The notes under the pieces are model-generated. The model was given only the letters and a program-made list of their open reading frames with translations. It had not been told where the DNA came from and searched no databases. A stretch of 64,000 nucleotides of DNA from a virus. The position numbers were made by a program, and so were the translations under genes. Below are positions 17,080 to 26,138 of the stretch, piece after piece (position 1 is the stretch's first letter; each line of letters begins with the position of its first letter). Where the stretch lies: the IMG/VR virus record IMGVR_UViG_3300036846_000488, positions 17,257 to 81,256 of that record; one strand, written 5' to 3'.

Positions 17080-17361
17080 CTAGCTCGCCTCGGGAATGGT
17101 ATGGATCAGTTGGTGCACGCCATCAACCATCGAGAGGTCGTGCACCAGCCAGGGGTGACGCTTCCAGTACAGGCGTACCGCAGCCTCACTCACCCCTAGC
17201 GCTCGGGCGATCTGGGAGTTGTTCCAGCCCTCTGCCCGCGCCTTCATCAGCGCTGCCTCGTACCGGGCCTTGGCCACTGCCCGAGCCTGGTTGGCCGAGT
17301 GCAGGTCGTCTCTGACCTCTGCCCGAGACTCCTCAGCCCGCTCCAGTATCTGTGCGGTCAT
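17080..17361 (-). CDS. Helix-turn-helix DNA-binding protein
   Basis: AR.EGWNNSQIARALGVSEAAVR. Confidence 0.8.
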   Translation of the reverse strand: MTAQILERAEESRAEVRDDLHSANQARAVAKARYEAALMKARAEGWNNSQIARALGVSEAAVRLYWKRHPWLVHDLSMVDGVHQLIHTIPEAS

Positions 17362-17365
17362 CTCC

Positions 17366-17830
17366 TCACCTTCCCATCAGCTCGTGGTAGTCGAACCTGT
17401 TCTTCAGGGCATCCACGATCGAGACCGGCTCCCCGTGCAGGCGCAGGGTCCGGTTGTTGTACACCCGTGCGTACTTCGGTACCCGAATCTGGTTCAGCAC
17501 GAACCTCGCCCCGAGTGGGGTGATCCTCCAGTTCCCCTTGTCTCCACCGTCATCACGCTTCTCTCCGCTCTTCTCGATCAGTCCCCAGTGCCGCAGTCGA
17601 GCGTGGTCGTGTGAGCGCCACCGATGCTCGATGTCGACCATATGGAACCAGCCCTGGCTGGCGTGCTTGTACATCTCGATCAGAGCATGCGCCTGACTGG
17701 CGTTGATCGTGTACTTGTAGACCTTCACGAACTGTTGGCAGCAAGGGCACGTTGTCCCCTTCTCCGCCTCATCCCGAGTCTTCTGCCTGGCCACGCCGAG
17801 TAGCTCGCTGTCCGGAAGTTCCTCCATCAC
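17366..17830 (-). CDS. Hypothetical protein with CPCC motif and a winged-helix-like region
   Basis: CPCCQQ; L..WGLIE...G.WRIT..G..F. Confidence 0.7.
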   Translation of the reverse strand: MMEELPDSELLGVARQKTRDEAEKGTTCPCCQQFVKVYKYTINASQAHALIEMYKHASQGWFHMVDIEHRWRSHDHARLRHWGLIEKSGEKRDDGGDKGNWRITPLGARFVLNQIRVPKYARVYNNRTLRLHGEPVSIVDALKNRFDYHELMGR

Positions 17831-18267
17831 CCATCACCATTCCCGGCGTCGTAGCGCTGGTCGTTCAGCAGTCGTTCCTGGGTCAGTCTCCTGCTCCCGA
17901 GATCCGCCATCATCTTGGCCATCTCCATGAAGCTCCTCAGCTGTCCGGTCCGGAACTTGTAGTACACGCTGCCTCTGATCACTCGTCGGTTCTGCTCCTC
18001 CCAGTGGATCAGCATGTCGATCTCCTTGGCCCGCGCGTAGTAGACCGCGGCAACCTCCATCAGATCGAGATAGAAACCATCAAGCTGCAGTGGAGGGTCA
18101 GCCCTGCCCAGTATCACATTCGCGTAGCCCAGGAGCTCGTCGTGCAGCTCGTCCACGCTCGGCAGTCCCTCCAGCGTCACCACATCGGTCAGCCGGTGCC
18201 CGAAACGCACCGCGTCACCGGTCTGCATCGGGGCTCTGACCTCTCGCGCCGTTGGAATCACTCTCAC
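17827..18267 (-). CDS. Hypothetical helical protein
   Basis: 146 aa, GTGA/ATGA coupled. Confidence 0.7.
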   Translation of the reverse strand: MRVIPTAREVRAPMQTGDAVRFGHRLTDVVTLEGLPSVDELHDELLGYANVILGRADPPLQLDGFYLDLMEVAAVYYARAKEIDMLIHWEEQNRRVIRGSVYYKFRTGQLRSFMEMAKMMADLGSRRLTQERLLNDQRYDAGNGDG

Positions 18268-18656
18268 CGGCTCTCTCCCGCCTTCACCCGGGTATCGGCG
18301 TAGTCACCCACGAACCAGGTCCGGTACGGGTCCTCACCGTTGCCGTGGTGCGGGGCGAACACTCGCAGCCCCTCCACCTTGAAGAACTCGCCGGCCTCGT
18401 GGGACTCCACATCCCGGATCCGGTCGAACAGCCAGGCCAGCCAGGTGACCTCGTTGTAGGTGGCCATCGGCACCAGGAACGAGTGGTTCACCCGCACCAC
18501 CCGACTCGGGTCGTAGGCGTCCTGGGTCTCGCTCACGATGTGCAGGGTGAGCCAGCGATCCTCCTCGTTGTCGGTGCCCAGGTAGATCATCCAGCGCGGC
18601 TTGTAGCTCAGCCGCTTGACCAGCTCCCGCAGCCCCGGTGGCTCCCAGTCGCTCAT
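18264..18656 (-). CDS. Conserved actinophage-type hypothetical protein (HE..E motif)
   Basis: Start MSDWEPP; WL.D.I..VE.HE..EF....G.R.FAPHH. Confidence 0.72.
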   Translation of the reverse strand: MSDWEPPGLRELVKRLSYKPRWMIYLGTDNEEDRWLTLHIVSETQDAYDPSRVVRVNHSFLVPMATYNEVTWLAWLFDRIRDVESHEAGEFFKVEGLRVFAPHHGNGEDPYRTWFVGDYADTRVKAGESR

Positions 18657-18805
18657 CTCTCCGTCTCCTCCCACCTGGCACTGAACACCTGAGCACTGGG
18701 GGAGTACTCATCGAAGGCTGTTAGCAGCATGTGAGCCACCGTCTCCGGAGGATCCTTCAAGAGGTAGTCATCCACGACCAGCTCCAAGATCAGCCGCTTA
18801 CTCAT
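18653..18805 (-). CDS. Hypothetical protein (50 aa)
   Basis: MSKRLILELVVDD...; ATGA coupled at both ends. Confidence 0.55.
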   Translation of the reverse strand: MSKRLILELVVDDYLLKDPPETVAHMLLTAFDEYSPSAQVFSARWEETER

Positions 18806-19557
18806 CTCCCCGCCTCCGCCCAGTCGTAGACGAACAGGCAGCGGTCCCGGAACGGGCAGGAGGCGTACTTCCAGCCCTTCTTGTCCATGCAGTCGTTGAG
18901 GGGTTCTGACAGCACCTGGCGCTGCGTGCTCTCCCACATCTTCTCCGCCTTGATCAGTGCCTCGGTCATCGGCAGATCCTCGGGATCCACCACGATCTCG
19001 GTGTATTCCTGGGTGTCCTTGTTCTCGTAGAGGAACACCCCCTTCTCTCTGCCCGAGCACAACATATAGGTGGCCATCTGATACAGGTGCGGAATCAGTG
19101 GGCCGAAGGTGCTGACCCGACTGAATCCGTTGGCGTTGATGCTCTTCAGCTCCAGGATGGAGCCGTCGTAGTTGATCCCATCCATCGTACCTATCAGATG
19201 GTATGCATCGCTGTGTACCGCTACCTCGGCGAGTCGCAGCCAGCCCTCGGTCAGGCCCTCCATCTGCCAGCGCAGGTGCATGAACATCCCGTTCTGCATC
19301 TTGGCCGCGTTCTTCGCGTCCGGTGCCAGCTTCGGCATTCCGATGTACACGAACTGCTGGTACCGCTCGCACTCACCCAGACTGGATGCGCTCAGCGTGC
19401 CCTGGCGTTTCCTGTCCACCTTGCCCAGCTGTGACTGAGCCAGGTCAATCGCACGCTGTGAGTAGACCGGGTGGTCGTTCTCCACCATCCACGCCTCATG
19501 CCGGCGGCTGATCACCAGGTCGTCGGCTACATGCTTGATCGTCTCGGAGAAGCGCAT
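18802..19557 (-). CDS. Cas4/RecB-like PD-(D/E)xK exonuclease
   Basis: SASSLGECER, G...H, G.MDG...ELKS, Q...Y, C...CPF...C. Confidence 0.88.
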   Translation of the reverse strand: MRFSETIKHVADDLVISRRHEAWMVENDHPVYSQRAIDLAQSQLGKVDRKRQGTLSASSLGECERYQQFVYIGMPKLAPDAKNAAKMQNGMFMHLRWQMEGLTEGWLRLAEVAVHSDAYHLIGTMDGINYDGSILELKSINANGFSRVSTFGPLIPHLYQMATYMLCSGREKGVFLYENKDTQEYTEIVVDPEDLPMTEALIKAEKMWESTQRQVLSEPLNDCMDKKGWKYASCPFRDRCLFVYDWAEAGR

Positions 19558-19567
19558 GGTCACTCCC

Positions 19568-19768
19568 TCATCCCGGGTACACCCGCACGTTCGCGTCGTA
19601 CGCCTCGTCAAGGATCTCTATCTCCATGTACCGGCCCTGCTTGGCGAACCTCAGTGCCACCACACCATGCTTGGCCTTCTGCACCTTCCTGATCGCGCGC
19701 TGGATCTCGGCGTCCTTGATCTTCATCCCGCGCGCCATCCGCAGCGCCTGGTCGTAGTCCAGACTCAT
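19568..19768 (-). CDS. Hypothetical protein
   Basis: 66 aa, coupled to neighbours. Confidence 0.6.
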   Translation of the reverse strand: MSLDYDQALRMARGMKIKDAEIQRAIRKVQKAKHGVVALRFAKQGRYMEIEILDEAYDANVRVYPG

Positions 19769-19938
19769 TCCGGCATCACCCCGGCCAGTTGGGCGTGCAC
19801 GCCGGCGGCAGCCACCATGATGGACGCGAGCCCGAGCCCCTGCTTGGTGATGCCGTTCTCTTCGATCAACACGACCAGCTGCTCGACCGCTGCGAGCAGC
19901 TCCTCAGACCGCTTGATGTGCTCGTACGAACTGCTCAT
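19765..19938 (-). CDS. Hypothetical protein (57 aa)
   Basis: Start MSSSYEH; EELL...AA..HAQLA pattern. Confidence 0.6.
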   Translation of the reverse strand: MSSSYEHIKRSEELLAAVEQLVVLIEENGITKQGLGLASIMVAAAGVHAQLAGVMPE

Positions 19939-20270
19939 CACGCCTCCGCCCGCTCGCGCCCGTAGCGCTCCAGCAAGTACTCGTCGGGGCCGGTGTACAG
20001 CGGCCTCGCGTCCGGTCCGGTGATCACCGAGCCGGCGATCAGCAGCCCACGCGCGAAGGCGTTGCCCTCGTCGTGCGCCATGTTGTGGTGCTCGCGGCAC
20101 AGATAGATCTGGTGGTAGGTCTCGCCGGCGATGTCTAGCAGGACCCCACCACGCGCCCTGGTCAGCTTGTGGTGCAGCTCGGCGTTCTCTGCACCACACG
20201 GCACGAACATCACCTGGTAGTACTTCCTGCCCATCTTCTGCTGAGACACCATCGCCTCACACCTATGCAC
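19938..20270 (-). CDS. HNH-like nuclease
   Basis: RCE...C...ELHH...R..GG...LC..HH...H. Confidence 0.78.
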   Translation of the reverse strand: MHRCEAMVSQQKMGRKYYQVMFVPCGAENAELHHKLTRARGGVLLDIAGETYHQIYLCREHHNMAHDEGNAFARGLLIAGSVITGPDARPLYTGPDEYLLERYGRERAEA

Positions 20271-23016
20271 GGATCCTCCTGATGTTGGTCAGACTGCTCA
20301 GGGCTCCGGAGATCCAGAGCTTCCCCAGGACACCAGTGAGTGACTCGCCGGTGCCGTCGTACTCCTTGTGTCCAGAAACGCTCGCGGTGGCGGCACGCTG
20401 CACAAGATCGTCCAAGGACTCGAAGGGTTGGAGGGTTTCGAGCTTGGCCGCACTGATGGATCCCACTCCATCGATGGACTGGAGTCCCTTGCGAATGGCT
20501 CCTCGACGCTTGTCGATGGTGTAGGTAGCCCCTGAGACGTTGATGTCTGGAGCCAGTACCCGAACCGCTCGGCGTCGAGTGACCTGGAGGTATCGGTTCT
20601 CCTTCTTGGAGTCCCCCTGGCTGGCGACGCCCAGGAGCGCCGTGTGGTACTCCAGTGAGTGACGAGCTGCCAGATAGCTCGCGCGGTACGCCGTGATGCC
20701 GTAGACAGTCGCGTGAGCGCGGTTGAAGCCATACTCAGCGAAGCCATGAATCGCCTCAGTGAGGTAGTCGATGTCACCCTGGCTCATCCCTCTCTCGGCG
20801 CACTCTTCGATGATCCAGGTGGTGTAGGAGTCGATCACGTCGCCGGCGCTGCCGATGTCCTTGTTCGAGGCCTTCACCGCCTTCAGGAACGCGGTCAGGT
20901 TGTCGGCATCCATCCCCAGCCCGCGCAGCAGGTCGATCACCTGCTCCTGGTAGAGCATGATCCCGTTGGTGTCCTTGGTGACCCGCATGATCAGCTCATG
21001 CCGCATCGGCAACGCCTGCTCGTTGTGCTTGCGAGCGATGAACGCGCGGGTGGCACCGGTGTTCATGGTCGCCGGACGGAACAGCGCCATCGCCGCGATC
21101 ACGTCCTTGATCGAGGTCGGCTTCAGGTCCCGCAGTCCCCACTGGGTGCTCCGGCCCTCCAGCTGGAACAGTCCATCGGTGTTCCCACTCCTGATCAGCT
21201 GGTAGGTGGGTGCGTCCGTGTACTCGATGTCACCGAGCCGGGAGATCGGCAGTCCCAGCAGCCGCATGGTGCGATCCAGCACCGTGAGCGTCTTGCTCCC
21301 CAGCGCGTCCAGCTTCACCAATCCCAGTGCCTCGATCTGGTCCTTGGAGTACTGGGTGACGTACCCGCCCTTGTTGTTGCTGCGCTTCATCCAGGCCATC
21401 GGCACCAGTCGCTGGAACTCTTCCAAGGTCGAGGTGAGCACCACGCCCGCGGCGTTCGTACCCATGCCCTTGTACAGGTGGCGATCGCTCAGAGACTGCA
21501 GCATCGCTCGGTCGGCTTCTGGCACCTCGGCCCAGGAGGTGGCACCGTCGTCCTTCTTCCCGGACACGGCGTAGTACTTCACCCGCAGGGACCCACGCTG
21601 GTTCTCCTCCTCCATGTCCAAGCTCTCGTTGAGGGAGTAGGTGGCCCACGACCCGATCTGGTGCGCGGTGAACCGCGTGTTCAGCATCGCGATCAGGTCA
21701 TCGCGCCGATCGTGGGCCACGTCCAGGTCGATGTCCGGGGGCTTGGTCCGGTCCTTGCTCAGGAACCGCTCGAAGCGCAGGTTCCACTTGATCGGGTCCA
21801 CGTTCGAGATCCCCAGCGTCCAGCACACCAGAGAGCCAGCCGCGCTGCCCCTGGTCTGGAACATCACGTCGTTCAACCTGAGCCAGTCGGTCACCTGAGA
21901 GACCAACATCATGTACCCGGCCATCCCGGAGGCCTCGATCACGCTGAACTCTTCGAGGAGCTGCTGGGCGTACCTGGGGGGCACGCTCTTCGGAGCGAAC
22001 ATCCCCTCCAGGCTGGCCACGCATCTGGCCTGCATGGCCTTCTGCGGGCTCTCGACTACTTCGGGGACCGAGTACGAGTAAGAGTCAAGGACAGGGATCG
22101 TGAGTGTGTGACGACCGAGGAGATCTCCCAGTCCTTCCACTCCTCGCGCAAGACGACGTTCGCTGTGACGATCTGCAATCCAGGTCGTGTCCGCAAGGTG
22201 GAAGCCATCGCCGGGGAAAACAGCGTCATCGGGGTCGTCTCCCCAGGAGACGAGTCGCTTGAGCCCTTCATGATCTGCTCGATCTTCGGGTTCGAGGTAG
22301 TGGCTGTCCTGAGTGATGACCACGGGGAGGCCAACTCGGTCAGCCAGTACCACCAACCCGTCCGCCAGTTCGTCGTCATTCGTTCCCTCGTCGTGTTCGA
22401 TGTTGTGGTTCTGAATCTCGACGTACACCGAGTCTGGGAACCAGGAGGCCAGGGTATGCAGGAACTGAGTGGCCCGGTCCTCGCCCTCGTGCAGCAGGGT
22501 CTGGGCCAGATACCCGTAGTAGCAGCCGGTGTTGATCGCCAGACCAGCTGTCTTCCCATCCTCGGCCAACTGGGCCAGCATCTGGTAGTCCACCAGCGGC
22601 TTGTGGAAGAAGTTGTGGTAGGACAGCGTGCTCAGGTTCACCAGGTGCTCGTAGCCCTCGGTCGTGTAGGCCGACACACCCAGGTGGAAGTTCTGCGCCT
22701 TCTCGCGCCCCTCACGCTTGCTGTTGCGCAACGCGCGGTAGGCAGCGGTCTCAGGCACGAAGTACAGCTCGGAGCCCGGGAACGGTGCGATCCCGGCCTT
22801 CATGCAGGCCTGGTACAACTCCACGCTGCCCGCCATGTTGCCGTGGTCCTGCAGACCCACTGCCCTCTGGCCCATCGCGGCTACCTTCGCCACGATCGCC
22901 TGCACCGTAGGCATCGCGTCGTTCACCGAGTACCGGGAGTGGGTGTGCAGGGACCACCACGCAGGTGGCGGACTGGGAACGATCCGCCACCTACGAGGCG
23001 TAGGGATGACCCTCAT
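20263..23016 (-). CDS. dnaE: DNA polymerase III alpha subunit (family C)
   Basis: PHP LHTHS.YS..D, DHG, DSH; RGSAAGSLV; FERFL..DR...PDIDLD; GLVKLD.LG; YQEQ; YGFNRAH. Confidence 0.97.
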   Translation of the reverse strand: MRVIPTPRRWRIVPSPPPAWWSLHTHSRYSVNDAMPTVQAIVAKVAAMGQRAVGLQDHGNMAGSVELYQACMKAGIAPFPGSELYFVPETAAYRALRNSKREGREKAQNFHLGVSAYTTEGYEHLVNLSTLSYHNFFHKPLVDYQMLAQLAEDGKTAGLAINTGCYYGYLAQTLLHEGEDRATQFLHTLASWFPDSVYVEIQNHNIEHDEGTNDDELADGLVVLADRVGLPVVITQDSHYLEPEDRADHEGLKRLVSWGDDPDDAVFPGDGFHLADTTWIADRHSERRLARGVEGLGDLLGRHTLTIPVLDSYSYSVPEVVESPQKAMQARCVASLEGMFAPKSVPPRYAQQLLEEFSVIEASGMAGYMMLVSQVTDWLRLNDVMFQTRGSAAGSLVCWTLGISNVDPIKWNLRFERFLSKDRTKPPDIDLDVAHDRRDDLIAMLNTRFTAHQIGSWATYSLNESLDMEEENQRGSLRVKYYAVSGKKDDGATSWAEVPEADRAMLQSLSDRHLYKGMGTNAAGVVLTSTLEEFQRLVPMAWMKRSNNKGGYVTQYSKDQIEALGLVKLDALGSKTLTVLDRTMRLLGLPISRLGDIEYTDAPTYQLIRSGNTDGLFQLEGRSTQWGLRDLKPTSIKDVIAAMALFRPATMNTGATRAFIARKHNEQALPMRHELIMRVTKDTNGIMLYQEQVIDLLRGLGMDADNLTAFLKAVKASNKDIGSAGDVIDSYTTWIIEECAERGMSQGDIDYLTEAIHGFAEYGFNRAHATVYGITAYRASYLAARHSLEYHTALLGVASQGDSKKENRYLQVTRRRAVRVLAPDINVSGATYTIDKRRGAIRKGLQSIDGVGSISAAKLETLQPFESLDDLVQRAATASVSGHKEYDGTGESLTGVLGKLWISGALSSLTNIRRIRA

Positions 23017-23817
23017 CTAGGACTGCAGCTCCATCAACCAGTCGACGATCGCGTCAGAGGTCCGCAGAGTGCTCGGCGCGACCATCTTCATGTCGGTCTG
23101 GATCAGGTTGACCAGGGTGTCGCGGTCCATCGCTCTCAGGTCAGACTCCTGGTAGGTCTGCTCAAAAGGGGGCTCCTCCTGCTTCGGGGCCGGCGCGATG
23201 GTCGGGCGCTTCGGAGAGGAGTTCACCTCCTGGGTGGTTGCGACCGGCTGGTTGGACGCCCGCAGGTTGGCCTGGGCCTGGCTCGGGTCGCCCCAGGCGT
23301 CGTCGTAGGACTGCGCGAGCAGCGCCTCGATGTCCTTCCACTCCTCCTTGCGCAGGTCCACCGGCGTGGGCGTGTCGCCCTCAACGTCGAAGTCCCAACG
23401 GTCCTGGCTGGTCTTGTACTTGGTGATCGTGTAGTTCCGATCGGTGAGCGTGCCGAGGCGCTTGAACCTGTTCTCCAGCTTCTCCCCGACCATCGGCCCG
23501 ATCTTGAACCCGTTCACGTACTCGGTGCCGTTGAACGAGGTGAGCACGTTGAACGCGATCTTGCGCGAGACCTTGCTCATCTTCTCGTTGTCGCTGGAGC
23601 ACCCGGGGCAATCGTCCTTCGGGTCGTCCACGCCCCGTGGGCACGGGAACGAGAACCCACCCGGAGAGAAGTGCTCCCAGTAGTAGAGCCACTCCTCGGG
23701 CTCCTGCAGGATGCGCAGCGTGGTGCTGCCCTCCTTCAGGTAGCGGATGAAGTCGCCACTCCCACCGCTGCGTGACGGCTCCTGCGCCGCCTCCTGTGCA
23801 CTGCGTCCGAACTTCAT
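23017..23817 (-). CDS. Single-stranded DNA-binding protein (T4 gp32-like)
   Basis: F..LK.G...LRIL.....EH....C.....CP.C; between replication genes; flexible tail. Confidence 0.7.
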   Translation of the reverse strand: MKFGRSAQEAAQEPSRSGGSGDFIRYLKEGSTTLRILQEPEEWLYYWEHFSPGGFSFPCPRGVDDPKDDCPGCSSDNEKMSKVSRKIAFNVLTSFNGTEYVNGFKIGPMVGEKLENRFKRLGTLTDRNYTITKYKTSQDRWDFDVEGDTPTPVDLRKEEWKDIEALLAQSYDDAWGDPSQAQANLRASNQPVATTQEVNSSPKRPTIAPAPKQEEPPFEQTYQESDLRAMDRDTLVNLIQTDMKMVAPSTLRTSDAIVDWLMELQS

Positions 23818-24062
23818 GCGGTGAACCTCCGTACAGTCTCGACTGTCTGTGCTACTGCTCTCATGGAGCTCTCATTGACGTGGCCGATGGCCCTGGTCCT
23901 GGCTCCTGCTGCTGTCTCACCGGGGCGGACCTTGGTGACCGCCTCGTACTTCACCCACGACTTGTCGTAGCCGACCTTGATCTCGTGGGTCATCCCCACC
24001 GTGATCTGGTCGCCCTCATACAGCTCGTAGGACTCCGTTCCCTGCTTGACCGGTTCGTTCAT
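23814..24062 (-). CDS. Hypothetical protein
   Basis: 82 aa, ATGA coupled. Confidence 0.65.
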   Translation of the reverse strand: MNEPVKQGTESYELYEGDQITVGMTHEIKVGYDKSWVKYEAVTKVRPGETAAGARTRAIGHVNESSMRAVAQTVETVRRFTA

Positions 24063-24364
24063 ACCTTCCCTCTCCCCTTCGGGATCTTCTTCCCGAAGTA
24101 CGCCGCGAGCTCCTCCACGTCCTCTGGGGTGTACACCCAGATGATCAGCTCACCCTGCTTCGCCGCCTTGGACGGAGCCTTGAACTTCGGCTCGCCATCG
24201 GCATTCTTCGCACGCGCCAGCCGGCGGATGGTCTCGATGTTCACGTCGAACTTCGCCGCGAGAGTGCGCGCGGTGTACATCCCCTCCGGGATCTTCTCGA
24301 TCATCCGGGTGGCCGGGGCCTTCTTCGGGTACTGCTTGATCTCAGCAGCGTCCACGATCTCCAT
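24059..24364 (-). CDS. MerR/excisionase-like HTH DNA-binding protein
   Basis: YT...LA..F.V..ETIRRL....YT.EDV..L. Confidence 0.72.
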   Translation of the reverse strand: MEIVDAAEIKQYPKKAPATRMIEKIPEGMYTARTLAAKFDVNIETIRRLARAKNADGEPKFKAPSKAAKQGELIIWVYTPEDVEELAAYFGKKIPKGRGKV

Positions 24365-24618
24365 CAGTCCTTCTCCTCGTTCTCGGTGATGACACACGGC
24401 CAGTGCCAGGTCCCGGGGCGCTGCGCCTCGTCGTGCCGAACCTGTCGGTCGAAGAAGATCCCGGTCGGGTTGATCGCAGCCAGACCTATCTCCTCGGGGT
24501 CCTCGCGCTGGTCGCTGACCTCGGTCACGATCGCAGCCCGGCAGGTCTTCGGGTACTTCCCGCCGGCGGAGCCGTACGAGGTGTAGTGCACCACTCGCCC
24601 AACAGTCGGCGCGGTCAC
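24364..24618 (-). CDS. Conserved phage hypothetical protein
   Basis: PTVGRVVHY...AAIVT.V...GTWHWP. Confidence 0.75.
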   Translation of the reverse strand: MTAPTVGRVVHYTSYGSAGGKYPKTCRAAIVTEVSDQREDPEEIGLAAINPTGIFFDRQVRHDEAQRPGTWHWPCVITENEEKD

Positions 24619-24797
24619 AGCGTCATCACCTTGTCCCACTTGATCGCGGTCTCGGGCACCTCGATCACCACCTGCTGGACGTTGCTCGCGATCTTGGCCT
24701 CATCCGGGAAGTCCAGGAAGTCGGCCAGTGCCACCAGTCGACGCAGACTCTCCAGATCCATGGACCCGCCGACCATCCCGACGGTCAGTGCTGCCAT
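24615..24797 (-). CDS. Hypothetical protein
   Basis: 60 aa, coupled; AGGAG RBS. Confidence 0.6.
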   Translation of the reverse strand: MAALTVGMVGGSMDLESLRRLVALADFLDFPDEAKIASNVQQVVIEVPETAIKWDKVMTL

Positions 24798-25195
24798 TAC
24801 TCCTGGACCTCCTTCTCGGCCACGGCCAGGTGCGGCTTGTTGGGCTTCAGGGTGACGAAGCGGGAGACCGTCACCGGGTCGATGAGACCAGCGTCCATCG
24901 CGGCCTCCATCGCCTTCCGGTCCAGCACCTTCTTCGTGTACCTGTCGAAGGTCGGAGCCCGCAGTGCGCGACGCAGGCCCTTCTCGTCGATCACGGTGGT
25001 GTGGGCCTGCACGTAGGTGACCGCGAACGCGCGACCGTCGTGCTGCCAGCGGTAGCTCTTCCTCTGGTCTGCCTCCATCTGCTTCATCAACCGGTCGGCG
25101 AACTCGTCGAGCAGTGCCTGAGCGCGGTCGCGCTCGTGTCTAGCCTGCAGGTAGCAGGACACCAGTTCATCGGGTGCATTATCCATGGCGCTCAT
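24797..25195 (-). CDS. Hypothetical protein
   Basis: Coiled N-terminus, IDE..L....KK.LD...ME.A...G.I. Confidence 0.7.
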   Translation of the reverse strand: MSAMDNAPDELVSCYLQARHERDRAQALLDEFADRLMKQMEADQRKSYRWQHDGRAFAVTYVQAHTTVIDEKGLRRALRAPTFDRYTKKVLDRKAMEAAMDAGLIDPVTVSRFVTLKPNKPHLAVAEKEVQE

Positions 25196-25200
25196 CCTAT

Positions 25201-26016
25201 TCACACGGCGTGTGTGGATACAAGCCCATCGACTACTTTTCTGCGACGAATCTCATCGATCTCGTCGATGTCCTTGCCCCAGGCCTTGGGCCAGGTCAGT
25301 CGTGTCACCAGCCGGTGCTTGAACAGCCGCTCGGTCGTCCGATAGGCCTCCCAGCCGGCGTCGTCCGTGTCGTAGCAGGTGTAGACGTACTCGGGATCGA
25401 TCTTGTCGATCAGTCTGACCTGATCCACCGACAGTCGAGAGCCGTAGATCGCGAACGCATCGACTCCCACGTTCCACAATGCGATCGCATCCAACGCGCC
25501 CTCGACCAGAGCGACAGCCTCTCGATGATCTGTGGTGTAGTTGAAGAGCAGCCGACCCACGTCTACCCCATGTGGGTACTTGTACTTGGGCCCCTCCCCC
25601 AGGGTCCTACGCACCACTCCAAGTACCCGACTAGCTGGGTCGCGCAGCGGGTAGGTGCAGGCAGCGGTCTCCGGATCGAACCCGAGTCTGAACCGGCGGG
25701 CCGCGGCCTCGCCTACTCGGTCCGACCAGTACGGATGGACCGGGCCGGCGTCGTACCGGTTGAGCCAGGTCTCCGGGTAGACCGTACCTTCGGCCAGCTT
25801 GTTGTCCAGCCAGAGCCGCATCTGCTGGTAGTCCGGCTCGACCAGCAACGCCTCTCCGCTCAGGTCGCCGTGCGCGTGGCAGGTGTAGCAGTACCACTTC
25901 CGCTTGATGATGTTCACAGAGGCGCTGGGACGGCTGTCACCGTGCTCGGGGCAGAGGAACGACCTTTCCACCCCCCGACCCCAACGCAGGGCCTCAGCGA
26001 GGGTCAGCGGGCGCAT
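25201..26016 (-). CDS. dnaG: DNA primase (CHC2 zinc finger + TOPRIM)
   Basis: CP.H.D..PS...W.CY.C; PKY; LVEG.LD; D.DDAG; KD..E. Confidence 0.93.
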   Translation of the reverse strand: MRPLTLAEALRWGRGVERSFLCPEHGDSRPSASVNIIKRKWYCYTCHAHGDLSGEALLVEPDYQQMRLWLDNKLAEGTVYPETWLNRYDAGPVHPYWSDRVGEAAARRFRLGFDPETAACTYPLRDPASRVLGVVRRTLGEGPKYKYPHGVDVGRLLFNYTTDHREAVALVEGALDAIALWNVGVDAFAIYGSRLSVDQVRLIDKIDPEYVYTCYDTDDAGWEAYRTTERLFKHRLVTRLTWPKAWGKDIDEIDEIRRRKVVDGLVSTHAV

Positions 26017-26138
26017 GAGACATAGACATGGTGCGAGCCATCGCAGTACGGGTGGACGCAGACCCAGGTGCTCCTCCCCCAGCTGATCTTGTGCGTGATC
26101 GGGCGCGTCTCTGACTTGATCGCAACAGCAGTACTCAT
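26004..26138 (-). CDS. Small Cys/His protein (44 aa)
   Basis: Manual: MSTAVAIKSETRPITHKISWGRSTWVCVHPYCDGSHHVYVSCAR; ATGA overlap with helicase stop. Confidence 0.4.
   Translation of the reverse strand: MSTAVAIKSETRPITHKISWGRSTWVCVHPYCDGSHHVYVSCAR

Noticed and set aside
18802-19557. Cas4-like gene as part of a CRISPR system
   Set aside because: No cas1/cas2 or array; solo Cas4-like nucleases are common in phage replication modules
20659-23775. 1038-aa plus-strand ORF, and similar long ORFs at 70-1251, 51579-53456 and 55678-58806
   Set aside because: Antisense shadows of real minus-strand genes caused by high GC3 bias; no motifs or RBS
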